In this document: one piece after another, positions 42,908-56,320 of the stretch
Numbering within the stretch: position 1 is the first letter of the stretch
How the letters are laid out: every line of letters begins with the position of its first letter
Source of the DNA: the human T2T-CHM13v2.0 reference genome, Homo sapiens
Assembly: GCF_009914755.1 (NCBI RefSeq)
Contig: NC_060932.1
Strand: one strand, 5' to 3'
Length of the DNA stretch: 64,000 nt
Notes under the pieces: model-generated
What the model was told of the DNA's origin: nothing
Databases searched by the model: none
The model's input: the letters and a program-made list of their open reading frames with translations, nothing else
Position numbers and translations under genes: made by a program

Positions 42908-43209
42908 GGCTGAGTGCAGTGGCTCGTGCCTGTAATCCCAGCACTTTGGGAGGCTGAGATAGGCAGATCACCTGAGGTCAGGAGTTTGAGACCAGCCTGG
43001 GCAACATGGTGAAATCCCATCTCTACTAAAACTACAAAAATTAGCCAGGCATGGTGGAGTGTGCCTATAATCCCAGGTACTCGAGAGGCTGAGGCAGAAG
43101 AATCACTTGAACCTGGGAGTCGGAGTTTGCGGTGAGCAGGTGAGCAGAGATCGAGTCACTGCACTCCACCTGGGTAACAAAGCAAGACTCCATTTCAAAA
43201 AAAAAAAAA
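42908..43209 (+). mobile_element. AluSx-like
   Basis: TSD aaga(g/a)ttatagatta. Confidence 0.92.
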
Positions 43210-43329
43210 GAATTATAGATTAAATTTCAGAACATGTGGTCCACAGTTTCATGCAACTATGTTTATAAGCAAAATGGGTCGATTTCATTTTAAACCTAAT
43301 TAGAACATTTGAGAGCTTTCATGTTAATT

Positions 43330-43536
43330 TTGTCATTGCACCTCAAGCTGCAAAAGTTGTGGTCACAGTGCATGATAAGTGCTTAGTTAAGATACAGAAG
43401 GCATTAAATTTGAGAATGGAAGATGTGAACAGAAAGGTGTTTGATTTGATAGCAATCGGGTTTGGTACTATCCTAAGTTTCAGGCATCCACTGAGGGTCT
43501 TGGAATGGATAACCCATGGACAAGAGGGATTACAGT
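43330..43536 (+). mobile_element. MER44-like Tigger derivative
   Basis: 'cacagtgcatgataagtgcttagttaagat...tttcaggcatccactgagggtcttgga'. Confidence 0.75.
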
Positions 43537-43559
43537 ACACAGATTAATCTGTAAGTGTT

Positions 43560-44550
43560 AAAGCAAGCTTGCGTTCCTGAGATAAATCCCATCTGGACAT
43601 AATATATTATGTATTGTTGGGGTTTGATTGGCTAAAATTTTATTAAGTATTTTTGCACTTATGTTTATGAGGAGTTTGGTAAGCAGTTTTTGTTTTATTT
43701 CTTGAAAGACTTTTTTCTGGATTTGGTATCAGAGAGGGATGGCTTTATGACTTACATAGAAATTACTTTTTTCTTTTCAATTTTTGTCTGGAAGATTTTA
43801 TATAGAGTTGGTATTATTTATTTCTTAAATGGGGTAATTTTCCGGTGAAGCCATCTGCGTCTGGAGTTTTCTCTGTGAGCAGATTTTTAAAATATAAATT
43901 CAAATTTTAAAACAGTTATAGAGCTATTCAAGTTATCTATTTCCTCTTGAGTTAGCTTTGTTAGTTTGTGTTTTCCTCAACATTTGCTATTTCATCTAAG
44001 GTGTCAAATTTATTGGGCATTTTTTATAATATTCCCTTAGTATCTTCTTAATACTTGAAGAATTTGTAGTAACATCACATTTCTCATTCCTGATATTTAC
44101 AACTTATAACTTTTCTTTTTTTCTTGATCACTCTGGGTAGAGATTTTTCAGTTTTACTGATTTTTCCCAAATAGCCAACTTATAGTTTCATTGATTTTCT
44201 GTAATGTTTTGCTTTCTGTTATTTTGCTTTTGCTCATACCTTTATTATTTCTTTCTGCTTACTTTAGGTTGAATTTAATATATTTTTTTCTTTACTATGG
44301 AAGCTAAGGTTGTTAGGTTGAGCTTTTCTTTTCTTCTAATGTAGTTCTGAAGCTATAAATTTCCCTCTTGGTACTGTTTTATACGCATCCAGCAGACTTT
44401 GGTATATTGTGCTTTCCTTTTCACTCAGGGAAAAATGTTTCCTAATTCCCCTATTGATTGCTTTTTTGACTGACAGACTATCCATTTTTCTAAATACATG
44501 GGCATCTCCCAGATACTGTTCTGCTATTTATTTCTAATTTAATTCCAGTT
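43560..44550 (-). mobile_element. L1M ORF2 fragment
   Basis: Degenerate antisense L1 text. Confidence 0.75.
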
Positions 44551-44619
44551 CGTTAGCTCCATTTTCTAGGCGAGTATTCTGAGGGTCAGAGAATGTGCTC
44601 TATGTCTCTCTTGTGTCCC

Positions 44620-45070
44620 TGCAGATCTGTTATCAACTCTCCACTTTAATTTGTGCCTTGAAAGGCTGCCAGTAGAGACTGCAGCAATGGACTCAGTTTT
44701 GCCTTTCCACTTGATTTTGCTTTCCTTTTGGATTTTCAATGTGGAGCACCACCAGGAAACTGGAGGGAAGGAGGCTTATGTGGCCAGGGCACCGATGTCT
44801 CTAGGATCCTCCTTACAGGACACTACTCCTAGATGCTTACCTTGTACAAAGATCAGCCAGTACACTCTACATAGTTTTCTCTGCTTCTGACTTATGATAA
44901 TTGCTCTCTCTTCTTGCCTTTTATAACTAGTCAGGGAATCAACCCTATGATTACTAGCCTCTGACTACTGCACTATCTCTTAGGAATTGTAAATAATGGC
45001 TTAATTAAATTTCCTCCTGGTATTCCAGTTCGAGTATGCCATCTGCTTCCTCCCAGGACCCTGACTAATA
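44620..45070 (+). mobile_element. LTR33-like ERVL LTR
   Basis: 3' end 'tgccatctgcttcctcccaggaccctgactaata'. Confidence 0.65.
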
Positions 45071-46350
45071 AAGAAAGTATCATTAAGGGTTGTAGAGCTG
45101 TTCTCAAAAAGCTTTTAATCTAATAGAAGAAACATATATTCTACAAATGAATGTTAATTATTTTTAATGTATCTGTAAATGCCAAGTGAATGAAACAGAC
45201 AACAACTACAGGGATTCCAGCATGTGGAAAAGGATTCCAAATCATAAATCCAGTTCTAAGTTCCTGTCTGATTTTGAAATACTTTTTCATATTTCCTAAG
45301 CAGAGAAAGCTTTAATGTAAATTGTGAATTAGGTCATAGGAAGACCTCCTATATGAAGTAGAATTCAACCAAGCATTTGAAACATGGAGTATATTTGAAT
45401 AGGCAGAGATGTAGCATGAAGTCATATGCTAACTGGGATTTTTTCTCTAAATATTTAATGTATATATCCTGCTTCCTCAAACCTGTGCCTTTTTGGAAGG
45501 CTTGTAATAGTGCTGTGTGGCTTACTCCCTCCATCAGAAGATGGGGAGGAAAGCCAGCCATTTGAACTATAGCTAGGGTAGGATGCTTTGGCTCTAGTTC
45601 TAGGGAATGGAATCAAAATTACCCTGGAAAGTAGGATGAAAACAAAGAGCATTACAATTTCAGTTAACACCCAGAGTCAAGTTAAGAGTCTGAGCGGTGT
45701 CATCAACCTCAAGTTCAAGAGGAAGATTTAAGTCTATAGACCGAAGACAAAATATTAAGAGCCCAGAAGATCAATAATAGATGAGGAAATGACACACAGG
45801 ATGCATTGAATCAAAATATTTTAAGACACACGTGGTGAGAAAAGAAAAACTTTTGGGTACATATTATTGCAGAGCACCATGCAGGAATCCTTGAAGTGAC
45901 ACTTAGATAAATCTCAATAGAGTAGCTGAAAGAATGGTTAAGGGAATGGTTCCATAGACAACATGTAAACGTCTACCTAGAGAACATTTATGGGCTGAAG
46001 TGAATTAATGTGCACACACTCTTAGATATTGAGTCTACAAGAAGTTAAGTTTCAGGCATGATAGGAAAGACACATGTCAGTGATGGACAGTTACCTTGGA
46101 AATGTACTGAAATGTGTGGGCCCAAGCAAATGAGTCATGACTTTATTAACTACTGTGAAGTAAAAGCAGACCAGAATATATGAATATTGCGGATAAGCTA
46201 ATTGTTTTGAAGTTTTAAAAACTTACTTGACTTTTTTTTTTAAGGATTCCTGACTGCCAGAATCAGCACTCAGCTTTTCCTTTTTGCCTCACGGAGTTCG
46301 ACTTTGATCTCAAATTGCACATCCCACTCACCGATACAAAAACTTCAAGC

Positions 46351-46668
46351 CTGCTGGGCGCAGTGGCTCACACCTGTAATCCTAGCACTTTGAGAGGCCG
46401 AGGCAGGCTGATCACTTGAGGTCAGGAGTTCCAAACCAGCCTGGCCAACATGTTGAAACCCCATCTCTATTAAAAATATACAAAAAAAAAATAGTTGGGC
46501 ATGGTGGTGGGTCCCTGTAATCCCAGCTACTTGGGAGGCTGAGGCAGAAGAATTGCTGGAACCTGGAAGGTGGAGATTTCAGTGGGCCGAGATTGTGTGC
46601 ACTGCAATCCAATCTGGGTGACAGAGTGAGATTCCAACTCAAAAAAAAAAAAAAAAAAAAAAAAAAAA
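46351..46668 (+). mobile_element. AluS
   Basis: Dimeric Alu with long A-tail. Confidence 0.92.
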
Positions 46669-47224
46669 CGCTTTAAGTTGACTAGCCTCATTCTTTTTGA
46701 AACAGAAATGGGCACTAGCTGTTGTGATTCATGCATGTTCCTCAGGGACTGTAATCTACCTCTTATAGCGTTCAGCATCTCCCCAGAAAGAAAGACTTCT
46801 GGGAGCTTGTTATTAATGAAGACAAACCTGGGAGCTTTGAAGTACCACTTTAATAAATACTAATTGATTATACAAATGACAGTAAACTAACTTTCACCTA
46901 CATACATTATGAGCAACTATTTTTTCCCAATTTCATTTTTATAATAATAATTTTTTTCACATTGATCTGCTATGCCACTTTTGTCACCTTTCACAATTCC
47001 ATAGATGTGTTGGTCTGTGAGTTCTCTATTCTGTACCATTTGTCAATTTGTCTGTTCTTGCATTAATACACCCTGTCTTAATTACTATAGTTTCATCATG
47101 AAGCCTGATATATAGCAAAATTGGTCTCCTCCATTATTTGTCTTTAGATATGTCTTGTCTGTTGCTGACCCTTTATATATTCATAGAAATTTAAGAATCT
47201 GCCTCATTAGAAGTCCGATTATGA

Positions 47225-47528
47225 GGCCAGGTGTGGTGGCTCACACCTGTAATCCCAGCAGTTTGGGAGGCCAAGGTGAGCAGATCACCTAAGGTCAGGA
47301 GTTCAAGACCAACCTGGCCAAAATGGTGAAACCCCATGTCTACTAAAAATACAAAAATTAGCCGGGTATGGCGGCACCTGCCTGTAATCCTAGCCACTTG
47401 GAGGCTGAGGCATGTGAATCATTTAAACCCAGCAAGTGGAGGTTGCAGTGAGTCGAGATTGTACTCCAGCCTGGGCAACAGAGTAACAGAGTGAGACTCT
47501 GTTTCAAAAAAAAAAAAAAAAAAAAAAA
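47225..47528 (+). mobile_element. AluSx-like
   Basis: TSD aagtcc(g/a)attatga. Confidence 0.92.
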
Positions 47529-47811
47529 GTCCAATTATGACTTTGGAATTGTGTTAAATCTTTAGATCAATCTGGGGTGAATTGACATCTCTATGATACA
47601 TCCCTATCACAAACACAGCCCTCTCTTTAATTGTTTAGGTCTTCTTGACTGTATCTCAGTTAAATTTTTATAATTTTTTGCTCTCGGGTCTTTGCATCTT
47701 AGTTGGATTTATTTCTAAATAGTTTGGAGTTTTGCTTGCTATGTGAATTACATCTTTATTCACATATTTACATTTTCTTATGTGTTACTGATGTGTAGAA
47801 ATACAATAGAT

Positions 47812-48096
47812 GACCATGCATGGGGGCTCACGCCTGTATCCCAGCACTTGGAGAGGCTGCGGTGGGAGGATTGCTTGTGGCCAGGACTTTGAGACCAGCC
47901 AGGGCAACATAGTGAGACTCAGTCTCTCACACACACACACACAAAATTAGCTGGGTGTGGTCGTGCGTGCCTATAGCCCCAGCTATTCAGGGGTCTGAGG
48001 TGGGAAAATTCCTTGAGCCCAGAAGGTCAAAGCTGTAGTGAGTCATAATTGAGCCACTGAATTCCATGTTGGGTGACAGAGTGAGACTCTGCTCAA
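47812..48096 (+). mobile_element. AluJ lacking A-tail
   Basis: Dimeric Alu whose 3' end is fused directly to L1 sequence. Confidence 0.85.
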
Positions 48097-48721
48097 TTCT
48101 CCTATTATTTATAATTACATTTTATTAAATAACCTGTAATATTTTTATATAACAATTCTCTGTTGATTTTTTGGCATTCTCTATGTTAATAATTATAACA
48201 TCTGCAAATAATGACAGTTTTATTTCTTCATTTCCAAGCCTTATTACTTAATTTCTTATCTTATTTCACTGGCTAAAAAATTGAAATCAATTTGACACCA
48301 TGCAAAACAAACAACTTCACATGCATTGAGGATTCAAATATCAAAAGTAAAATTTTAGCGTTTTGGTAGATAATATAGATAATGTACAAGTAGGAAATTT
48401 TTTCTTAAGTAAGATATCAAAAGTGATAACCATAAAAGAAACAACAGATAAATCTGTGTATATTGAAATAAAAACCCCTGCTATTCAAAAGATAGCTGAA
48501 GAAAATGGGAAAATATACAAGCTATAAATAGGAAAGAGTGTATTTGCAGCACATAAATTGATACATTGATAAAGTATACTCGCTGTCTCTTTAAAGGATA
48601 AAGAACTTCTACAATATAATATTAAAATGAGAAAATTGTTATTTCACAGAAAATATTTATCACCAATAATCATATTTAGAAATTTTAAACAACATTAGCA
48701 ATGAAGAAAATGAAAAATAAT

Positions 48722-48898
48722 ACTGTAATAATAAGTAATCTAGAGATGATTTAAATTACTGTAGCTGGGAGGATTGCATAGGTTATATGCAAATATGACA
48801 CCATTTTGTGTAAGAGACTTGAGCATACATAGGTTTTGGTATTTGCAGGGGGATCGTAAAATTAATCAATCCCCCATGGATATCAGTGGACAAGAGTA
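48722..48898 (+). mobile_element. MER2 (Tigger) fragment
   Basis: 'taagtaatctagagatgatttaaa...ataggttatatgcaaata'. Confidence 0.8.
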
Positions 48899-49855
48899 CT
48901 ATATTGGAAAGTTGAACAGTTATGTATCTTACAACCCAGCAATTCAAATTTTTGGTTTACGCCTGAGAGAAATAATTGCACAGGATCACCAGAAGTCATG
49001 GACAATAACTTTCACATTACCACTGTTCATAATAGTGAAAACCTGGAAATAAATTTAAGAGAATGAATAATTAAATTATGATATATTCAAACAATGGACT
49101 TTTGTAGGACAGTGAGTTGAATCAACCTCATGTATTCACTACAATATGGATGAAAAGAAAAAAATCAAATCATAGCGACTTGAAATCAAATCAAACATAT
49201 AGCAAAATAATATTTTCCAAAAATCAAAAGCAAGTAAAACTAAATAATATATGGTTTAAGCATACATATATACTTCTAAGACTGTTTAATATTTAAGGGA
49301 ATAAATAACACAAAATTTGGGATTGTATTTATTTTAGGGTGGAAGGAAAATAGGGGAACAGTATGGGAGGAGCATATAAATAGATAAACATTATTGTCAG
49401 AGTTCCAATTATTTGGTTGCATGGTACATTTTTGAGTGTTTATTATATTATCAAAATTAATAAATCAAGTAAATTAACATCATATATGAATCATTAATGA
49501 TAGGATATCATGGACTGAGGCTTATGTTTAATTCTGTAAACCTGAGGTTCTTTAAAAATCATATATAACAGCAACACATATGAGCTGGAATTAATCCCTA
49601 CACAGGATCTCTCAGAAAGTAGAGTGGAAGGATGAAGAGAAAAGACAAGTACTTTAGTGAGAAATACCATGGAAATGCACTGATACCAGGAAAAATACAC
49701 TTCTCAAGCAACGAGGGATGTGGCTTCCTTAGTCACTATTGGGGTTAGATTAGCCAACATGATCTATTTCCTATTCAAAGGCACAAAGAATTTGTTAATA
49801 TGAACCTTAGATTTTATCTACTCCAATGATTCAAAATATTCTCTGATATTTCTTT

Positions 49856-50298
<443 letters not shown>

Positions 50299-50627
50299 TG
50301 AGGAATGCAATAGTGTTGCCTCTGGATTCTCTAGTTAATGTTATCTATCAGTAAGACTGTACTCCACATTTTTTCCTGGTTGATGCCATCTTTCTCTCCC
50401 AGAACCCTAAAGCACTTGTCAAAGCCATAGGGGTAGGGACAGGAAGGGGAACAGGGTATAGCACAGAGGATCTAGGGGTGTCTGAGGTGAAAAAGGCATT
50501 AGAAAACATGTAGAAGATGAAATTAAAGCAGAGAGAGATAAAAATGAATGACTGAAAGCACTCAATTCATTAACTGAGTAATTCAAGTGACATTTGTCAT
50601 GGCTGGTGGCAGAGCTGAACCAGAACC

Positions 50628-51473
50628 TGAGACAGGATAATAGGGTCTGGGAGGCAGGGAACCTAAGGCTGATTCACACTGACTGCCTAGAACTAAATCA
50701 AAAGGAAAACCCCAACTTCCCACACCTAAGTAACAAAAGGACCAGAGGCTACTTTCTTTGCAAAAAGACCCCTCCCTTTTTCTATGTGGCAGATGGAAAA
50801 TTGAAAGTATCTCTGATTGGTTGCTTTCTGCAACCAAGCAGATGCTTGCATAGGGTGTAACCTTTGTAACTTCAGGCTCTGATTGGTTGCTTTACACAAC
50901 CAATCAGACTGATTGTGGGCCACTACTTAATATACATAGGGTGTATACCAAGTAACCAATGGAAACCTCTAGAGGGTATTTAAACCCCAGAAAATGCTGT
51001 AAAGGGGCTCTTTAGCCCCTGTGCTCAGCCTGCTCCCACCTGTGGAATGTACTTTCGTTTTCAATGAATCTCTGCTTTTGTTGCTTCACGCTTTTTTTTT
51101 TTTTTTTTAGATGGAATTCACTCTTGTTGCCCAGGGTGGAGTGTGGTGGCACGATCTCACCTCACTGCAACCTCTGCCTCCTGTTTCAAGAAATTCTCCT
51201 GCTTCAGCCTCCCGAATAGCTGGAATTTCAGGCATGCGCCACTACACCTGGCCAATTTTGTATTTTCAGTAGAGATGGGGTTCCTCTATATTGGTCAGGG
51301 TGGTCTCGAACTCCTGACCTCAGATGATCGGCCTGCTCAGCCTCCCAAAGTGCTGGGATTACAGGCGTGAGCCACCGCACCCAACTTACTGCTTCTTTCT
51401 TTCCTTGCTTTGTGTGTTTTGTACAATTCTTTGTTCAAGACGCCAAGAAGCTGGACACCCTCCACCAGTAACA
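50628..51473 (+). mobile_element. MER51-family ERV1 solo LTR with nested Alu
   Basis: 'tgagacaggataatagggtctgg'...'ccagtaaca', TSD aacc at 50624-50627 and 51474-51477, and repeated CCAAT boxes. Confidence 0.88.
51092..51386 (-). mobile_element. AluSp/Sq inside MER51 U5
   Basis: 'ctcttgttgccc' and 'ttggtcagg' diagnostics. Confidence 0.9.
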
Positions 51474-51697
51474 AACCCATTTCCCTTGGCGCTGAACTGA
51501 GGCACTTCCTGTTTCACCAGACCATTCTTTACCTACCCCTTGTGCCCAGAGAGGAAGCCAAATTTTTTTTTCCAGTTCCATTTGTATCTAGAAGTTTCTA
51601 ATGTATACTCTGTTCATACCTGAGATTCCACTCCACAGGAGAGGTATCAGGTTACTTCTAAGTCTCTTAGGAAGTCTCTTCCTAAAAGAAAGTTATC

Positions 51698-52019
<322 letters not shown>

Positions 52020-52324
52020 TCAGTTCTTGAGAGGCAACAGCTGCCATGCACAGGGTTGCAAGGAGTTCTCTGAGCTACCTGAACCGCTGCGGGTGGTGGA
52101 GGGAGGAGGCTATGGCAGGTGGCAGGTGGGGGTGGTAGACAATAAACAAAGACATTTGTGGAATTGTGTAGACAGAACGTGGGAGCTCTGTAGGGCCCCC
52201 AGTGCATCTATTTGTCTGCCTTTAGACTAAGACTCAAAGAATGAACTGATGACCTCGTATATTTCATTTTATTATATAGTCACTTGAACTTGTTTTCTAT
52301 GAACTGTGTCTTCCTTGCAGCTTG

Positions 52325-52560
52325 CCTTTTAATTAAACTCTTAATATATCTATTTAAGACCTCCCCAGACTGATTAATCAAGTGCCACCAGGAAACTGAA
52401 ATTCCATCATAAAACAGTTACTAATGTGTGAGGGGGGATTATTAAATTGCTGTTTTATTACAGAAATTGACAAAGATCAGTGATGAAGAGTGAGCATACT
52501 GGAGTCACGTGGCAGCACGCTCATCTAATTAATGAAGTGACAGTTTTATGCTGTGAAGTA
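52325..52560. promoter_or_regulatory. Candidate enhancer (homeodomain/TALE/E-box cluster)
   Basis: Unique DNA containing TTAATTAA, TGATTAATCA, three GTTTTAT motifs, GTCACGTG, TAATTAAT and TGACAGTTTTATG. Confidence 0.5.
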
Positions 52561-54240
52561 GCAAAAGGACTTGACAAGACTCATGGCTTTTCTCATTGAC
52601 TCTAAAAGCTGGAATGATGTTTCTTAACATTCGCACAAGGTTTGGCAGTAATATATTACCCTTGTCACACTTAAAGAAGGAGGGAGGGGCAGTTAAATTC
52701 TTCTTCCACTGTCGACAAATCCCAATAGGAAGACATTGCTGAGAGTACTCCCCTGGCCCCACCTTATCTAACTACCAACATCCACGCCTCCACCATACAC
52801 TCTACAATCAGATATCTCTATTGTGAAGCTGCTTGCTTTGTTTTTTTTTTTGGTACATTTGTTGGGCAAAGATGAAGAAACCAACAGGGACTGACTTTAA
52901 TTTTCCCAGGAAGAAAAAGAAATAAAAGCTTAAGGCATTGACACACAGTTTGTTAATGATTCTGAATTCATAAACCAATGGGACCTAAAACAGAAAACAG
53001 AGACTTATTCTGAATTAATCAGACATTTATAATATCGATGAATGTTTTCTGTGACAATGGTAAAACTGTCTTTATCAGAAGAAAAGACAGGCAACTTAAT
53101 CCGTCTTTTTCAGTTGATTTTTCTTTTTTTTTTAGTATCTGTTGCCTGGCTACTTGTGTTGTTTGGCCAAATATTTGGGCCTCTGTGTGTTTTGATTCTG
53201 CTCAGATAGGCAAAGGGGATCAGATGGATTTGAGAACTGTGTCTCTGTTGAGTCTACAAGAGTCCTCAGGGGATCAGATGAAAAACAGTCTACTCATTTC
53301 TGGGATTACAAAGTTCCAGAAAAACAGGCTACATGGTACTAACAAAGGCAGTCTTGCTTCTGATATTTCAGCTGTTCAACTCTTTCATTATTTCCCCTCT
53401 AAATTTCCCCTATTAAATTAAAGAGGGAGAAAAGAACTGCTTTTCTCCTACTTAGTTGATACGGGTAGGTCCAGCCTCAGGTCTAAATCAGATCTAACCC
53501 AAAGTTATGTTTGTGGAGCTTGGTTCTGAAAACTCACTTTTTTTGAAGGTAAATGATTATAAATTTAAATTTCAACTCCCTGTAGGGCTGCTTGGCTGAG
53601 AAGGATTTCTGGGCTTGGCACAGCTCAGTAGTAATTATCAAGACTTGAACACAGTTTTTGTTTCAAGGGGAAAGACATTTGGCAGCAGCTCTTGCAGACT
53701 CTAAAAGGCCACAAGATTTTTTTTCCCCAGAGGTGCCAAAACCTCTAATTTACAGAAGTAAAATGTTAATGCTCCTCTCACCCATATCCTGGTCCCCACC
53801 AGCTTTGAGGAACAGGTATGGTTTTTTCTGCAACACTCTCATCACAGGAAACCACAGAGCTCACAACCCAGCAGGATTACTTTCAGTGCCAGTGTACCGT
53901 TTAGGACCATCCATGTGGGATGGCTTTCAAATCTCCACAGCCAAACGTGTTTCACTTGAAGGGATAAATCAGAGTTACTCAAGCAAATGATACCTAAGCT
54001 TTTTTTTACAATCCACTCAAAAGATGCATTTCTTTTTCTCTTTGAGGCAAGGGGCAACCAACATAGCATTTTTAAGTATCTAATAGGTGCCAAGCATCGT
54101 GCTAATCAATGCAGAGAGAGCCTAATCCCAAAGATACAGCTCTTGGCCATTAAAGGTGACAGATCTGTTTGGGTAATAATACAAGTCCAAAATCAGCAAA
54201 GTATGATTCCAAGGCCCTACATGAACAAGTAAAAACTAAT

Positions 54241-54322
54241 ATGTGTGTATGTGTGTGAGTGTGAGTGTGTGTGTGTGTTTGAGAGAGAGAGAGAGAGACA
54301 GAGAGAGAGTGAGAGAGAGAGA
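54241..54322. repeat. (TG)n(AG)n compound microsatellite
   Basis: Direct reading. Confidence 0.93.
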
Positions 54323-54329
54323 ATATGTG

Positions 54330-55440
54330 GTACATTCATTCATTCATTCATTCAACAAACACTGGCCTAGTATCTCAGGATGCAAAGATGACTAATATGC
54401 TGTTCCCATCCTTAAGGAGCATACAAGCAATGGAGAACACATTGGATGAATAGACCATTTATCCATTCAGCAAATATTTGGGTACCTCTTGTAACCCAGG
54501 CCCTCTGCTATATGATGTGAACATAATGCTAAGAAGCTAGATACAGCTAGATGTATTGTCTATGCCTGTAATCTCCGCTACTCTTGAAGGCCGAAGCAGA
54601 AGGATTGCTTGAGGCCTGGAGTTCAAGATCAGCCTGGTGATACCACATCTCTAAAAAAATAAAAATAGAAAAGAAGCTAGATATGGTCCTTTGCTTTATG
54701 GGATTCATTATTATGCACTCATTCAAGAGAACAGTTCATGATGCTGAGTAGGAAACTAGATAGGCTTTCAAGTAAAATCAATCTATATTCACATCTTGGC
54801 TTTACAATGTACTAAACCTGTGGTTAATATGTTACTCACCCTCTCTAAGACCTGCTTTTATCTTCTGGGAAATAGGCATAACAGTACATAACATACAGGT
54901 GTTGCAATTATAAAAAAAATAGGTAATATAAGCACACACCCATTGTAATGTCTGGTACTCTGTAAGTACCCAATAAATAGTACTTAGTTACAGATATAAG
55001 TGGGTATTTGAAGACAAGCAATGGTAGTACGTAGATGGAACATTTAAGAAAACCAAAATTCAGGTGACCTGAGATGGGTTTGAAGAATGAGAGGAGTTAA
55101 GGACAGGAGGAGCAGTGTGTACAAAGGCCTGGAGGTATGAGAGAGCTGGTTGTTAAGTACTAGTGTGGAGGAAAGTAAGGGTGAGAAATTAGGTTACACA
55201 GGAAAGCTACGGCCTGGCCATAAAGGGCTTAATATGTCATATTAAATCTGGATTTTTATCCTGAAGATAATGAGAAGCCATTGGATTCTCAATTACAGGA
55301 ACATTTCTTGAAGAAAATGGTACTTGAGCTAAGCCTTGATTGGTGAGTAGGATTCAGACTGGCAGAGAAAGAGGCTTGGGATGGAGGAGGAAGAGAAGCA
55401 AGTGTACAGTGCTCAGAGATACAGGGGAGCTCAGCACTTA
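54330..55440 (-). mobile_element. L2 fragments with an embedded MIR (~54750-54985, +)
   Basis: (CATT)n caacaaa L2 termini and MIR core text. Confidence 0.65.
54545..54670 (+). mobile_element. FLAM (Alu monomer)
   Basis: Single arm with A-tail. 13-bp TSD aagaagctagata at 54531-54543 and 54671-54683. Confidence 0.85.
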
Positions 55441-56149
55441 TAGGACCTAATTAGCCAAAAGGGGTTTGGCTCTAGTTTCTCTTTGAGCAATCTTAGGAGA
55501 CCATCATCTTAACTGATGATTCCAGAAGGGTTTTAGGGTTAGAGCTGCTGAGATGTGTGGCTGGGATCAATCCTAATATATTTCTTTCTTTGAATTGTTT
55601 ATAATCAAATGGGCTTCTGTCCTGGAGCAGCAGGTCTCTGGGTATTATTTATAGATATTTTGGAAGTAGAGATGATCCATTTGTTCACTGTTACAATAAT
55701 GATGGTTCATATTTGCCTATAAAATCTTAGATGCTTCTGGCTGTTACAGTGAGCATGTCTTTTTCACAGCTCTATCTAGCACTGGATATAGACATGATAA
55801 CTGTTTTCTAAATTCAAAATCATTCAGATGGTTTGACATATCTAGTAGTATCATGGGAACAACCACAGGATTGCCTGCTTGACACCAAGGTGTGTGGTGA
55901 GATCAGGCTTCCTATAACTAAAAAAGCATGGATATTTCAAAGGGAAACACTGCATGAAGTAGGCATGTACTCAGGCCCCAGCTAAGGAACGAACTGAGAG
56001 AAAGCTACTCTTTGACTCAGCATTGCCATCTCCTTAAAATTTAATCCAACTGTAGGTCAGTTCTAAAAGAACTTTTTAAAAAATTATACTTTTTTGTGTG
56101 TTCCAGAAATAAAAAAGTGTCTTTCATCTTTCTAAACAATATATAGTCC

Positions 56150-56320
56150 TTAAGGAACTTATATGTAAAATATGTATGTTATATATATAAGTTCCTTAAT
56201 ATGCATGTTATATATATTATATATATGTTAATAATATATATGTTATATATGTTAATAATATATATGTTATATATATTATTCTGCTTATATATATATCAGA
56301 ATATATATATATTCTGCTTC
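56150..56320. repeat. TA-rich low-complexity tract with inverted repeats
   Basis: Direct reading. Confidence 0.85.

Larger units (their letters stand above)
46910..49460 (+). mobile_element. L1ME-type element with inverted 5' part (46910-48275 minus; 48276-49460 plus)
   Basis: Orientation flips at ~48275, and the plus part ends in an L1ME-like 3'UTR. Confidence 0.65.

Noticed and set aside
46285-46305. Pol III B-box-like GAGTTCGA suggesting a tRNA or small RNA
   Set aside because: No A-box spacing or cloverleaf.
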